From Camelus dromedarius (Eukaryota): 64,000 bases of DNA. The position numbers and the translations under genes are program-made. Shown here piece by piece: positions 12,256-23,759 of this stretch. Each line of letters starts with the position of its first letter. The stretch's first letter is position 1. The stretch covers positions 109,990,001 to 110,054,000 of the forward strand of contig NC_087437.1 of assembly GCF_036321535.1 (NCBI RefSeq), in the 5' to 3' direction. The notes under the pieces are model-generated. The model ran no database searches and had not been told where the DNA came from. It saw nothing but the letters and a program-made list of their open reading frames with translations.

Positions 12256-12695
12256 ATCCCTTCCTGCCATGGCTGCGGCATTCCCGAGCCTTACCTGTAA
12301 ACTTATGTAAGGAGACCCACAGCGATCTAAGGTAGAGAGGAACTGGGCTAAGGAGGTGTGTGGTGACCTCCTGGTACTTCTCCGAGGCTCAGCCAAAATC
12401 AACCAAGAGCCACACACCTGAGCAGTGTTGAACAAACATGTGTAGCCGTTAACCTTAGCCAAGATTCCTCTCTCCCCTAAAGCAGAGCTGAAGTCCAGGA
12501 CTTGGGTGCATACAGTTTATTTGGCACAAGATCCCAGGGAGCAAGTTTGGGAGACTGTGGGAGATGAAAGAATCAAGGAGGAAAATCTCACACAGGGACA
12601 TTTTTGGGGATTGATTTTATAGTGGACTATGGGGACTCAGTCCTTCAGGGCCTTTTTAGGGAGGTATAGAATGACAGAATTGCCCACCCCAAGGC

Positions 12696-13194
12696 AATCA
12701 ACGGGGATGTGAATGAAAAATACGGCCAGCCATATCAGTAAACAAAGAACGCTGAAGCCATCAAGTCATCAGCCACTGCCGCCACCCCCCAGGGAAGACA
12801 AGCCTGCAGCCCGGCCTCTGCAGCCACTCACAATGGTGCACCCTGAGGGCACTCGGAATAAGAAAGGACAGGATACTGGCCCTAGAAGGCTAGGTGCTTG
12901 TCAAAGGAATGAATTCAATGAGCTCAAATATTTGCTTCCTCCCATACATAGAAAAGAGCTAAATTCTTCAACTTGAGATACCTGGTTTTCTTTAGTTAAC
13001 AAGCAATCTTTTAATGTTCTGACTACCTGATCTTTGTTATAAAAACTCCTATATATCCTGGCTGCTCCCCTACCTCTTCGGAGAAGTCCCTCAGAGCCAT
13101 CTGGGAGGCTGTCATCCCATGCTGAGTCTTCAGAATTTCCACCGAATAAAATATAACTCACAACTTTTAGGTTGTGCATTTATTTCAGTCGACA
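12696..13194 (+). mobile_element. Solo LTR, ERV1-like, nested in an older LTR remnant (~12480-13500)
   Basis: TATA-like ctatata near 13049, AATAAA at 13145, ends ...cagtcgaca. The TSD is imperfect (aggc/agga). Confidence 0.7.
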
Positions 13195-14879
13195 AGGAGA
13201 AGCCCATTTATCCACCAGCTGCCATCTCCCATTGCTGGAATGTTGTCCCAGATGTGTGTTAACTTCCTGGGACCTTATTAATTGTGCAAAGAAAGATTCA
13301 CTGTGGGCTTCTTTTGTTTTCCTGGTTGTAACCTCTGAGAAACCCCAGGTAGAGAGGAAAAAAATATGCTGAATATGCTCGAGAGGAGAAACTGTCTGTG
13401 CGAAGAAGCTTGAAGCCTACAGGAAATTGTTGACCATAGCTGTGCCTGGGGTCATACATAAGAGAATGAGAATGTAAGGGAAGGCACTAGGGGTACTTAA
13501 TACAACCCTTGCATGTGATGCTCAAACATCCGTGTGGGAAAGAGGAACATTATACCCTATAAACCTTTCCAGACATGAAGGAATGAAAAGTCAACAAGGA
13601 TTAGAAGCTTGCCAAAGTTTATACATTAAAGATCTAGGAAAATCTCATCTCTTGAATTGATATTTTGTTATTCTTTCCTGATTTTTAAAAAAATAAGCAA
13701 CTCCTTGTTTAACCAAAGAGCTTTGAGTATTTCTGATGTGAAATAAACTGCTTTATCTGAAAAGACTTTAGCTCTTATTGGATCTAATTTCATTAGCCTC
13801 ATGAGTAGTATTCATAATAAACAGTAAAAATAAAAATAAAATTTAGAGTTTAGTAGAAGAACACTAAAGAAAAGTGAGCTAATTTCTTTTGAAAACATTT
13901 GCATTAATCATAGCACCTAATAACAGACCAAGAGAAATATTTGATTACCTCTCAGGAAGATTTTGCTAGAAGTCCTGAGTGTTATGACAAATCCTATATT
14001 ATTGATGTTAATTATCATTATTAATGTCACATCATATATTCCCTTCCTCAATAACTGAACAAAAATAGTAAAAAAAAAAAAAAAAAGCAAAAAAAATTCT
14101 CTTTCACATTCACACGTACACAAATTCATTACCAGCAACCAAAAAATTGAAGATGATGAGCTTCTTGTTAAAATTTTTAAAAAATTAAAAATAAACAAGA
14201 AAATGAAGATGACTAATATAACTTGACAGATTTTTATCTTCCCTTCAAATTCCCCCAACACACTTTGTCGCTCCTGGAAGATTTTCTCTGAAAATTTAAA
14301 AAAAAAAAAGGAAAATTGCCAAACTATGACATCTCACTAATCTGTAAACTGCATTTCTATGTTGGTGAGTGAGATTGAAGGAACACAGAGTCAATCAGGA
14401 TAAAAATCATGGGAAAGTCTCTGAGTTGAGAAAAGTAGTATTATTGGGTGCAAAAGTAACTTAGTATGTAGAGGAAAGATTGATAATTAAGCATGGAAGA
14501 ATGTGTCGCCTAAACAAGAAATGGAAACAAATTCCCTGGATGTGCTTTGTTATGTAAAATAATATACTAATGGCATAAAATTAACATCACAAAGGCACCA
14601 GGATAACAGTGATACAAAAGTGGAAGAATGATTGATGAGGTAAGGAAAACACTGATTGCCAAAATAATTTACTCTGGGTATAAACAAAACAGTTTTAAAA
14701 CTACAGCTTCTACCTTAATTAGCAGAATATTATAGGATATTTGGACACAGTGATAAGTTATGTGTTTACAGCAATTACAACTGTATTTCTACTCCACAGG
14801 AATCTTACTTTATTGTTTTACCAGAATGTTGTCCTTCACCAAAATTTGTATTTTTATTTACTGAGACAACCAATAATTT

Positions 14880-15489
14880 TGTTAGGCAGTTAGACAGAAA
14901 TGCTTATTGGTCAAGGGGAGAGGAAGGAGCAGGGAGCAACCCAGAAAATAACAGTGCACCAGCACTCAGGGTAAAGGGCTCCAAAAACTTACTTTCTTTA
15001 CATGAGGGCCAGCAACGAAGCCGGCTAGAATCTAATGCTGCGGCGGCACAGTAGAGAGAAGGACCCGGCTTAACCTGACCCAATGCGCATTATAATGTAA
15101 TTAACATTACACTTTGAGCCCCTCCCAAAGATTTCTCTGTATGCATTATGGGTAAGAACATGCATAAAAGAGATGGGCGAGCCTGAGCTCAAGAAATGTG
15201 AGCTGTCAATCAGCCTGAGCGCTCAAAGAACGTGAGCTGTCAATAATCAGTCACTAAAATGCCCCCTAAGCCAGGATGCAAGAACAGGAAAAACAAAGGA
15301 GCGACACCGTTTTCCTCTCTTGGATTGCCCCCCAACCCCAATTCTCAGGGATGTACGCTATTTTACTACCTTTTTACTTTACTAATAAAATCTTCTGTTT
15401 ATATCACTCTCTCTGTCTCCCATTAGAAATTCTTTTTTTTCGGGTGACTAAGAACAGAGGTAACTTTTATTCCCCTCCTCCTGGTAATA
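14880..15489 (+). mobile_element. Solo LTR, ERV1-like, 610 bp
   Basis: tgtta...taata termini, 4-bp TSD attt (14876-14879 and 15490-15493), AATAAA near 15384, internal tandem duplication at 15181-15250. Confidence 0.8.
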
Positions 15490-17589
15490 ATTTTATCTTT
15501 GATGCTGAACTTTTTAAGGGATTTTATAGTTGACATTGTCAGATAGAGGAGCATGAACTTTCAATAGCTTTACTTGGATTCTTCGGACTGGATGAAGAAA
15601 TCAACTTACTATTGGAATCAATTCATTTTTCTATTTGAAGCACTTGATAATACTGACATATTACTGGCTTCATTAATCCTTAGTGATGTTTTTCTTCTGC
15701 TAATGGAGGATCATATCATTAGCTACCGTTAATTTCTCTTTTTCCTGCACAAGAAAACTTAGGATTTAACATGAGTGAAAATGATTTAGAATAGTTATTT
15801 GACCTAAATTAAATGTATGCACCAGAGTGATATATTAACACATCTTTTGCAGCTGCTAATGATAAATAATCATCTTTGGAAGTAATTATCTTACAATTTA
15901 TCTTTTGGAATAGATACCAATGCTTCTTTAGCAAAACTGTCTCTTTTACTTTTTATGTCATAAGTGATATTTCTGACCCCCACAGTAGATGGGAAATGTC
16001 ATCAAATTGTTGTACAAGTTATACATCCACCATCAACTTTCTTTAGTAATAGAAATTCAGTATTCATTTTTTTTCATTGAATGTGAGCTTTTGGTTTTAT
16101 CTCACTGCCCCTAAAAATATTTTTTCTTGCAAAATTTAAAGAAGGTAAGATGTTCCCAAACAATAAAATAAATGATTGTAGATTTAAATGATACAATATG
16201 TGGCTAAGCCCCAGTAGCAAAAGCATTTAGATTATTTTTTATATGCTGTGTGCCACCCTCAATTTTATGCCCGTATTTCATGTACACCTTATCACTAATT
16301 CTAAATTCCCCTCTACCTCCACCTACTGGTAGCTTGGTGTATATTACTGCTTCTTGCAGGCTGTGAAAAGAGCCATCGCGGTACTGGCTAAATTAGAACA
16401 AATGACCTTCCACCAAGATTTGAAGTGTGAACTGTCCTACCACTTGCATGTGAGTGTGATTTGTTTTTCAGTGATCCCTCTGCAATAAGAGTGGTAGTTC
16501 TATTTTGTTCAAGAAGGATGAGCAAAGAAAGGATAGGGTACGGCTTGTCTTCTTTCAGATTTAACACTGGTTAGACACTCTGTTCACTGTACGAGTTTCA
16601 TCCTCCACGAGATGAAAGAGTAGCAAAAGCAAAGTGGAGGTTTTCCTAAACCAGTCCACACTTATGTTAATTCAATTATTCATTACAAGTAAAAATCTAA
16701 GACGATTACCAAATGGACTGGACGCTGAGACAAATGGAATAAACCAAGACATATGGTTACCCTGCGGGGAAGAATCTAGGTCATCTGTATCTTTAGTAAC
16801 GTTGTCCTTGACTTAATGGTTAAAAGTTTGTAGTATAACTGCTGATTCAAGGGTTATCAGCTGCCTAAATATTTAGTTGAATCTTGTAACAAGAAAATAT
16901 TTGCACTATTTTTTAGTTTATTTTCTTTTTTTCCCCCCTAAACTATTGCTGTCAACAGAACAACTGAAAAAATAGGAGCAATTGGAACTTCATCAAATGT
17001 ATGCAACAAATTATATGGAAAATATTGGGCCTACTTGCTAATAAGTGTTGGAGAGTGTTAGATATTTCATTTATAAATCAATTAGAAATTTAATTTGATT
17101 TCTTATATGACAGTAAACCTGAAGGAGCTGGAATTCTCACCAAATCTAACTCTCTAATTTCTTACTGAATATCCTCATTCCAAATTCTCAAATATTTTAG
17201 GATATATTTTATGGGTAATCTTCCTTTAAGTTTCTTTAAGTTTGATTACAAACTTACGTGATGTAATCAATTTAATATATCTTACAATTTATAATTATTT
17301 TATATAAACATATTCTAATTTCCAATTCCCTACAGAACAAAAGACCATAGTTAAAATTTATTTTTAGCTTTTATCATATGAAGGTATTAACAGATGGAGT
17401 AAACATGAAAGATGAAATAATTTCTTCCAAACCTAAATGACACCAAAGAATTTTACTTTTTAAATAATTTTTTTCCAGTGATGAATACAAGATATGGAAA
17501 TATCTAGCCAGATATTTAGAAGTCATTTTGAAGACACAGAGAAAACAAAATGATATTAAAGCAAATATGTGGATGTCATATAACATATT

Positions 17590-17595
17590 TTTATT
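17590..17595 (-). terminator. Candidate poly(A) signal of the third KRTAP gene
   Basis: First AATAAA on the minus strand after the stop (~320 nt). Confidence 0.5.
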
Positions 17596-17914
17596 TAAAC
17601 TTACATTTTTTTCTACTAGTAAAATTTGAAATAGAGGCATTAGGGGAAATAAGTAGGAGAAAGAAATAGGAAATAAATGTGCTTCAATATCACATATCTG
17701 TGTAAATACAAGGAAGAAGTTTTGGCATCTTTCTTTACTGATTGCATTTCCAGTTACTGGTATTCAAATTATTCCCAATCCATAGTAGATAACAGTAGAA
17801 GTCAAATTTGTAAGCTAACGGTAGGACAGGAGACCAATAGATAGTATAGATCTTGATATAGGAGATATTGCATCAAATTTCTAGATATAGTAGGTGTTGC
17901 GTTCAAGCATAAGA

Positions 17915-18421
17915 TTAGTAGAAGCCAGATCTAAAGGTTGGTTGGAAAGAAGCAGACTGGCAGCTCCTAGAAGAGAAGTAGGTTGGACTGTCAAAGCTAG
18001 ATCTACATCTTACAGATGAGAAAGCCCTGGGGCCACAACCCACTGATTGGAAACCACTGGATCCAAAGCCCAGAGATGGGAAGCCACAACCAAAAGATTG
18101 AAAACCTCTGGAGCCAAAGCCCAGAGACCCAGAGTAAGTCGTCTGGCAGGGACGGGAGAGCGTGGAGGTCCTCCGGCGGTAGCAGGATGACTGGCAGGGA
18201 CTGGACTCCACCTGGAACGCCTGGCCCCTGATAGGCTCAGAGCAGATCTCCTGACAGCCGCTGTGGAGAGAGGAGACCTGCTGGCAGGTGCTCGGAGAGC
18301 AGAGGTCCGTGGTGTAGACCAGGTTGCTGGGGTAGGAAGAGCCACAGGAGGAGCCTGGGTAGCGCAACTGTCCCCTAAAGGAGCGAGAGGAGAAGTTTCC
18401 AGAGCAGCAGTTGTAGGACAT
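17915..18421 (-). CDS. Keratin-associated protein, KRTAP13/14 (PMG) family, 168 aa; positional counterpart of mouse Krtap14 (Pmg1)
   Basis: [15 protein letters not shown]-terminus, SLGFGS repeats, tail [23 protein letters not shown]; 14 Cys; head-to-head with the KRTAP15-like gene. Confidence 0.9.
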   Translation of the reverse strand: MSYNCCSGNFSSRSFRGQLRYPGSSCGSSYPSNLVYTTDLCSPSTCQQVSSLHSGCQEICSEPIRGQAFQVESSPCQSSCYRRRTSTLSRPCQTTYSGSLGFGSRGFQSFGCGFPSLGFGSSGFQSVGCGPRAFSSVRCRSSFDSPTYFSSRSCQSASFQPTFRSGFY

Positions 18422-18498
18422 GGTGACAGGAGGTGTGAGTTCAGCTGAGTTACAGTGAGAAGAATCTGAGTTTGAATGTCACTTCTTGGACTGGGATG

Positions 18499-18506
18499 TT
18501 TATATA
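18499..18506 (-). promoter_or_regulatory. TATA box of the third KRTAP gene
   Basis: TATATAAA on the minus strand ~80 nt upstream of the ATG. Confidence 0.85.
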
Positions 18507-19784
18507 CTCTTTCACTGGGGATGTCATCCCCGTGGCTCATAAAAACAAGTTATCTTCCTCTTTTTAATTGAATTGAAGAGAGCAGCATAGTTATGCATAC
18601 TTAGTTTCTGTGGTTTTATAACTGGAAGGTGCAGTCATGTTTGTGCCTTGGAATTCAGGTAATAGTGTTGAATCTTCAAAGCTGTTAGTCATCTTTCTCT
18701 ACCAGAGGTCACCGAGCAGATCACTCAGAGAGCTACATTAAAGGTAGACAATGTCTGGGCTGAGGGAAGCTGGCTTAATTAAAAATAATTGATATCTCTT
18801 TCACAATCTGTCTCAAAATTATTGCCACCTGGATAGCAAACTTGCTAACTCACTGATCTACTCATCGTCATTTCTTTTAAACAAAAAACATGCATTGATT
18901 GTTACCAAGAAGTGGCAACTTTACCTAATGGATAGAGCTATCAGGAAGCAACAATGGTAACATGCAAGATGCTTGAGGATTTCTTAAATCAGATCTCAAT
19001 TTTAAGGGCTTTAATGAAATAGTAACTGAGAGATTCCTTTATTTTCTGATGCTCCTGCTTAAAACCGTGTGCAAACTAAGAGTCAGTCTTAGCTTTTCTC
19101 TCCCTTGTATGTATGTGTTTATTGTGGAATGAGTTAAATATTATAAATTGCTTTATGTTATTTTGGAATGTAAGAGGTTATTCATCTAAGATTCTAGGGA
19201 AAAACATGAAAAATAAGAACAAAACGTATGGCAAAAATGCCCAGTGTATTTCTCTCTTTAATCAGAGGCAAAGTTTACTACTAAAAGAATTTTCCAGAAT
19301 CTGGAAAATGCCTTTGTTCTAAAGAAAGTTTATGAAGTAATTGCCTTGAGTTTTTGGACCAAAAGAACCACCTTAAGGAGATTATTCATTTGCCTCAGAA
19401 AGCAAGATACATCGCTTTGACTTTAATTGTTTTCAAGTGTTTCTGACAAATATTACAATATTTTAAAACTAAAGGTAATTTTGGGTTGTATTATTCCACC
19501 TCTTGGTGGTGAGGTAATGAAGATTGACACCTTGAAGAAGAGGAGAGATTGAGAAGGTTTATCTCTCTGTGGCTTCTGTGCTGTTTGATTTATTCATTTC
19601 ATAGAAAAACATTTCCCTTCCACTTCTGAACAAATGCATTTGGGTGCAAAAGCCTCCATTTTGTGGAGAAAAGAATGTTCAAAATTACTTAATATCTGAT
19701 TTCATAGAATAGTCTTCCACAGAAATAGCTTATATAAGAGTGGATGACTAGTTAGGCAAACACATTCAATTTAGATGAGTTAAA

Positions 19785-20014
19785 TATTTATATTGGCAAA
19801 TATGAACTACTGTATATAAAAATAGATAAAAATAAATTTCTTCTGTATACCACAGGGAACTATAATTTAATATATTGTAATAATCTTTAATGAAAAAGAA
19901 TATGAAAATGAATATATGTGTGTGTATGTATGACTGGGACATTATGCTGAACACCAGAAACTGACACATTGTAACTGACTATACTTCAATAAAAAAGTAA
20001 AAAATAAAAATAAA
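19785..20014 (+). mobile_element. 5'-truncated young LINE-1 3' end
   Basis: ...cacagggaactata...ctgactatacttcAATAAA plus A-rich tail; same family as the antisense copy at 34061-34211. Confidence 0.8.
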
Positions 20015-20507
20015 CATGTTAGACACTCATTTAACATCTCTACCAATTAGGGATTGTGAGTGGGTTATTTTGTCTATAAGGTCTACAAGATTCAGGAGAT
20101 GGAACAGATATTGAGATATTGCTTGTTTTCTGTTCTACATTATGCTCCTAAACTTGGAACAAAATAAGTGTCCCCCCTCGAGACTACAAAATATTCTTCA
20201 GAGCTTTTAAACACAACAGAATCCTCACTTTGCTACCCGTTCAATAGAAGGCCTTGAAGGACAGGATGAATGAAACACCAGACTCGTGGGTACAATTATG
20301 CTTCACCTACAGTCATCTCCCCAAGCCAGATGAATGAGAAATGACATTTTTGCTTCATGAACAATTGCTTTGAAAAACTAATGAAATTCATTTAAAAGTC
20401 TGCATTCATAAAAAGGGTCTTTGAAGGTTAATGTATTTCATTTTGGCTGGAGCCTAATGAAGCATTCTTATTCAAATGGGCACATGCTGTTACAGCCACC
20501 GCTGGAG

Positions 20508-20514
20508 TATATAA
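20508..20514 (+). promoter_or_regulatory. TATA box of KRTAP15-like gene
   Basis: TATATAA 83 nt upstream of the ATG at 20591. Confidence 0.8.
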
Positions 20515-20590
20515 GTGTTGAGTGTAGGAGGTAACGTTCACACTCACAACATCCGCCTGCAACTCAGCTGAACTGAGAACTCCTGACAGC

Positions 20591-20938
20591 ATGTCTTTCA
20601 ACCGCAGATTTGGAAACTCCTCCTCCCGCTCTCTCGGAGGTTACCTGGGGTGCCCAGTTTCTCCCTATAGTTCTTTCTACCCCAACATGTTCCAGCTGGG
20701 CTCCTCTCTCCCAGGTGGCTCTCGGGAGACCATCTTTGAGCCCACCAGCTACCAGAATCCCTTTACCGTGACTAGATCCTGCCGGACGTCCCGCTTCCGC
20801 CCAGAGAACTTTATCTTCCGCGGTCCCTGCCAAACAAATTGCACCGGATCTCTAGGATTTGGAAATACCAGCTTTGGGTCTTTCGGTTATAGAAATCCTG
20901 CATTCCAGTCTCTGGGCTGTGGATACAACTTCTGCTGA
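20591..20938 (+). CDS. KRTAP15-1: KRTAP15-1-like, 115 aa, C-terminally truncated by a premature TGA (possible pseudogene)
   Basis: PVSPYSSFYP, FQLGSSL, EPTS, SLGFGNT and FQSLGCG motifs. Homology continues in frame after the stop (PTYFSS...AFSSR). Confidence 0.75.
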   Translation: MSFNRRFGNSSSRSLGGYLGCPVSPYSSFYPNMFQLGSSLPGGSRETIFEPTSYQNPFTVTRSCRTSRFRPENFIFRGPCQTNCTGSLGFGNTSFGSFGYRNPAFQSLGCGYNFC

Positions 20939-21330
20939 CCAACTTACTTTTCTTCCATGAGTTTCCACTCATCACGTTACCAACTAGCCTTTAGCTCTCG
21001 CTCTTCTTAGATCAACTTACTGAATATCTCCCATGACCTCATGGTTATGTCCACACTTTGTGAAACTTTTTAACACTCAGCCTCCTCAACATTTATGATT
21101 ACTGACCGTCTTCATCACCAAGACTCACCATCACAGTCCTCCTGGAAGTATATGATTCACCATGGACAGAGTGGCCTGTGACCTTTTCTAAATCAGACAT
21201 ATGAGATATACCTTGACCTCATTCCTATGCCAATGCTCAAAATCACTTCTGTTACTATTTAAGATTCCTCTCCTATTTTTCTCCTAAGATTCTTTCACTT
21301 AACTGTATTTCAAATGGATATGGCATTTAA

Positions 21331-21336
21331 AATAAA
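21331..21336 (+). terminator. Poly(A) signal of KRTAP15-like gene
   Basis: AATAAA with T/GT-rich downstream sequence. Confidence 0.65.
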
Positions 21337-21929
21337 CTTATTTATTTAGCATAAATTATGGTATTCCATTTTCTTTTATTCACATGGTACATTTAGTGAC
21401 TGCATCCAATACCTTCAACTGTCTTAATTTGGTAAACATTTTGTTGTTGTTGTTTTCTTTGTTTCATTTATATTTTGCTGGGTAGAAAAGGGAAGTTTAG
21501 AGAATCCAAATAGATGGCATATCTCATGTCTTAAGAGATTTATAGCCCCTCCTAGGTGAATTTGTTTATTATTGCTTTAGAAAATTTTGTTTTTAGGTGG
21601 GTATTCATTGAAAAATGTTTACTGAGTTCTGATTATAGACCAGACATTGTGCTGAGTAAAGACATAAATTCCTTGCCTTCATGGAGTTCACACACACACA
21701 CACACACAATTTTAACTCACTGTCATGTAGCAAGTGTAATAATGGTGATAAAAACGATTCAATGGGAACACAAAGAACAAGGGCTTCAAAAAAGAGTTAA
21801 GGATACCACTTGAAACTTATTGACAATAGTAGGAGTGAATTACCACTTCATATAAAAAAGTAATCTTGCTGATCTAATGTGTTACTTGCAGTCCTTTGAG
21901 AAATAGCTGCCAACTAGGATATAACATGA

Positions 21930-22320
21930 AAGATATTTGTTGGGGAAAATACCTGTCAGTGAAAATGGTGAGGTAGCTGGAGAATTATGGGAGAGCCATC
22001 AGACAACGATGCAGGTCTGAACTCAGTGAAGGAGAGAGGGAGGGAAGGAAGGAAGGAAGGAAGGAATGAGGGAAAGAGGGAAAGAAGGTTGGTTGTGTTA
22101 GAATAATCTTCAGGGACGTTCCAAGACAGTTTTGGTAAGTCACCCATTGAAGGAGTCCCTCGTGTCATGAAGACAGACCTGCCTGAGTATCAGTCACTGA
22201 CAAGGCACAACATGACCTTGGCATAAATGTGATGGTAGCTTGAAAGACTGGGAGCTGCAGCCCTGTCCTTTATGTTCCCTGCAGAGGGAGATTTGAGAGC
22301 TACATTTTCATAGCTTCCAT
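21930..22320 (-). mobile_element. ERVL-type LTR fragment (LTR16-like) with internal (GGAA)n
   Basis: Antisense similarity to the 6430-6560 segment (gggagagccatcagac...gtgaaggagagaggg). Confidence 0.5.
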
Positions 22321-23759
22321 GCTCATGAAATATATTCTGATTTCAAGTAAGCTGATATACTGATAAATAGTGAAATAATAAATGAAAATAGACTTTTCCG
22401 TGAATTAAGGTCAATATACTTTATTTTACTTTCATTGATCAAGAAACAAATTGTTGTATCAGACTCACTCAGTGAAAGTCTAACCTTACAACTGAACGTG
22501 AGAAAGAATCGAGAACTATTGGGTAGCCATCTTTGATTTTAAGTGTAACGGATGTATTGGACCCACGAGGGCAAAATTAGGAAGTTGCATCACTTTTCTC
22601 CTGCTACTGAACTTCACAGTTGACCTGAAGGTTCTTACTTCCCTGAATTTCTGAGCAATACCATGGGCAAGATCTATGATCACACTAAGATACTAAGAGA
22701 CATTTTCATTTCATATTAGGAGTTAAGTCCAACCCAGTATAAATTAAAAACCAGTCATCTAGCCATACTAAAGTTTCTTCCTTTTCCCTCTGTTCAAGGC
22801 TGGTCATGTTATTCCATAGGTCACCGGTGGCTTAGAGGGGCCTGATCATTTTATTTACCCTCCTTGTGTTCCATCAATGTTCTGCTCCTGGCTTCTTCTA
22901 TTCAAATCAAAGAGAACCAGGGTTGGGAGGAAAGAGAATGATGACTGGGGCCACCTGTCTCATCTGACAGCTTTAGACCACCTGAGTCAACATGAATTGG
23001 TTGTTTCAGGAGACGTTTCCTGGGAAAAGGTGAGATTAAAGCAATAAATCATTTCACTGTATGCTTCGGGAAACTCCTATAGATTAACTTATTGGATATA
23101 ATAGTCTGCAGACCTGAAAAACACCTCCCTAATTAAGCAACGGTTAACTTATCCAGAGGCTCCATGTCAGTACCCTCTCTTTGCTTTGCCCATTGATTCT
23201 AAACTATCAGGTAATAAATTTGCGCAGTCCCAATCAATTGTATGACTTGAAGCCATTTGACCTCAGGACCTCACTTCTAACACCTGATTTTTGGAGACAC
23301 AGCTAAATCTTTGGATGCAGTGGTACTTCCCCTCAATGCTGGAAGTTTGGATATCCTTCATTTTGCTTCATTAACAGATTGTCTGGTGATATTCTGAGGT
23401 GTTTAAAAGGCACATAGAAAGTCTTTTCACTGAGCTAGTCATAAGTGCTACCAGTGGTTCTTTGCTGATGAGTATCCTCTCTTATCACCCATGTCTGAAT
23501 ACTGGCTCTTTTCTGGTGGAAATGGAGGTATGTTTTCCAGAAACTACCTTCTTACCTCTCTGGCTCACTTCCTGGGACCATCTACCCTGAACCATTGCCC
23601 TGACAGCACACACTTTTAGAACCTCTCCTTAGCTCCTCACCCTCAGTGTCGCCCACCACTTAGCCCTGTATCCTACCCAGCTCTCTTTAGCTGGCATCTA
23701 TCTGCTCTGGAGATGACTCTCTTAGCCCAGAGGACACACACACACCCTACACTATTCAT

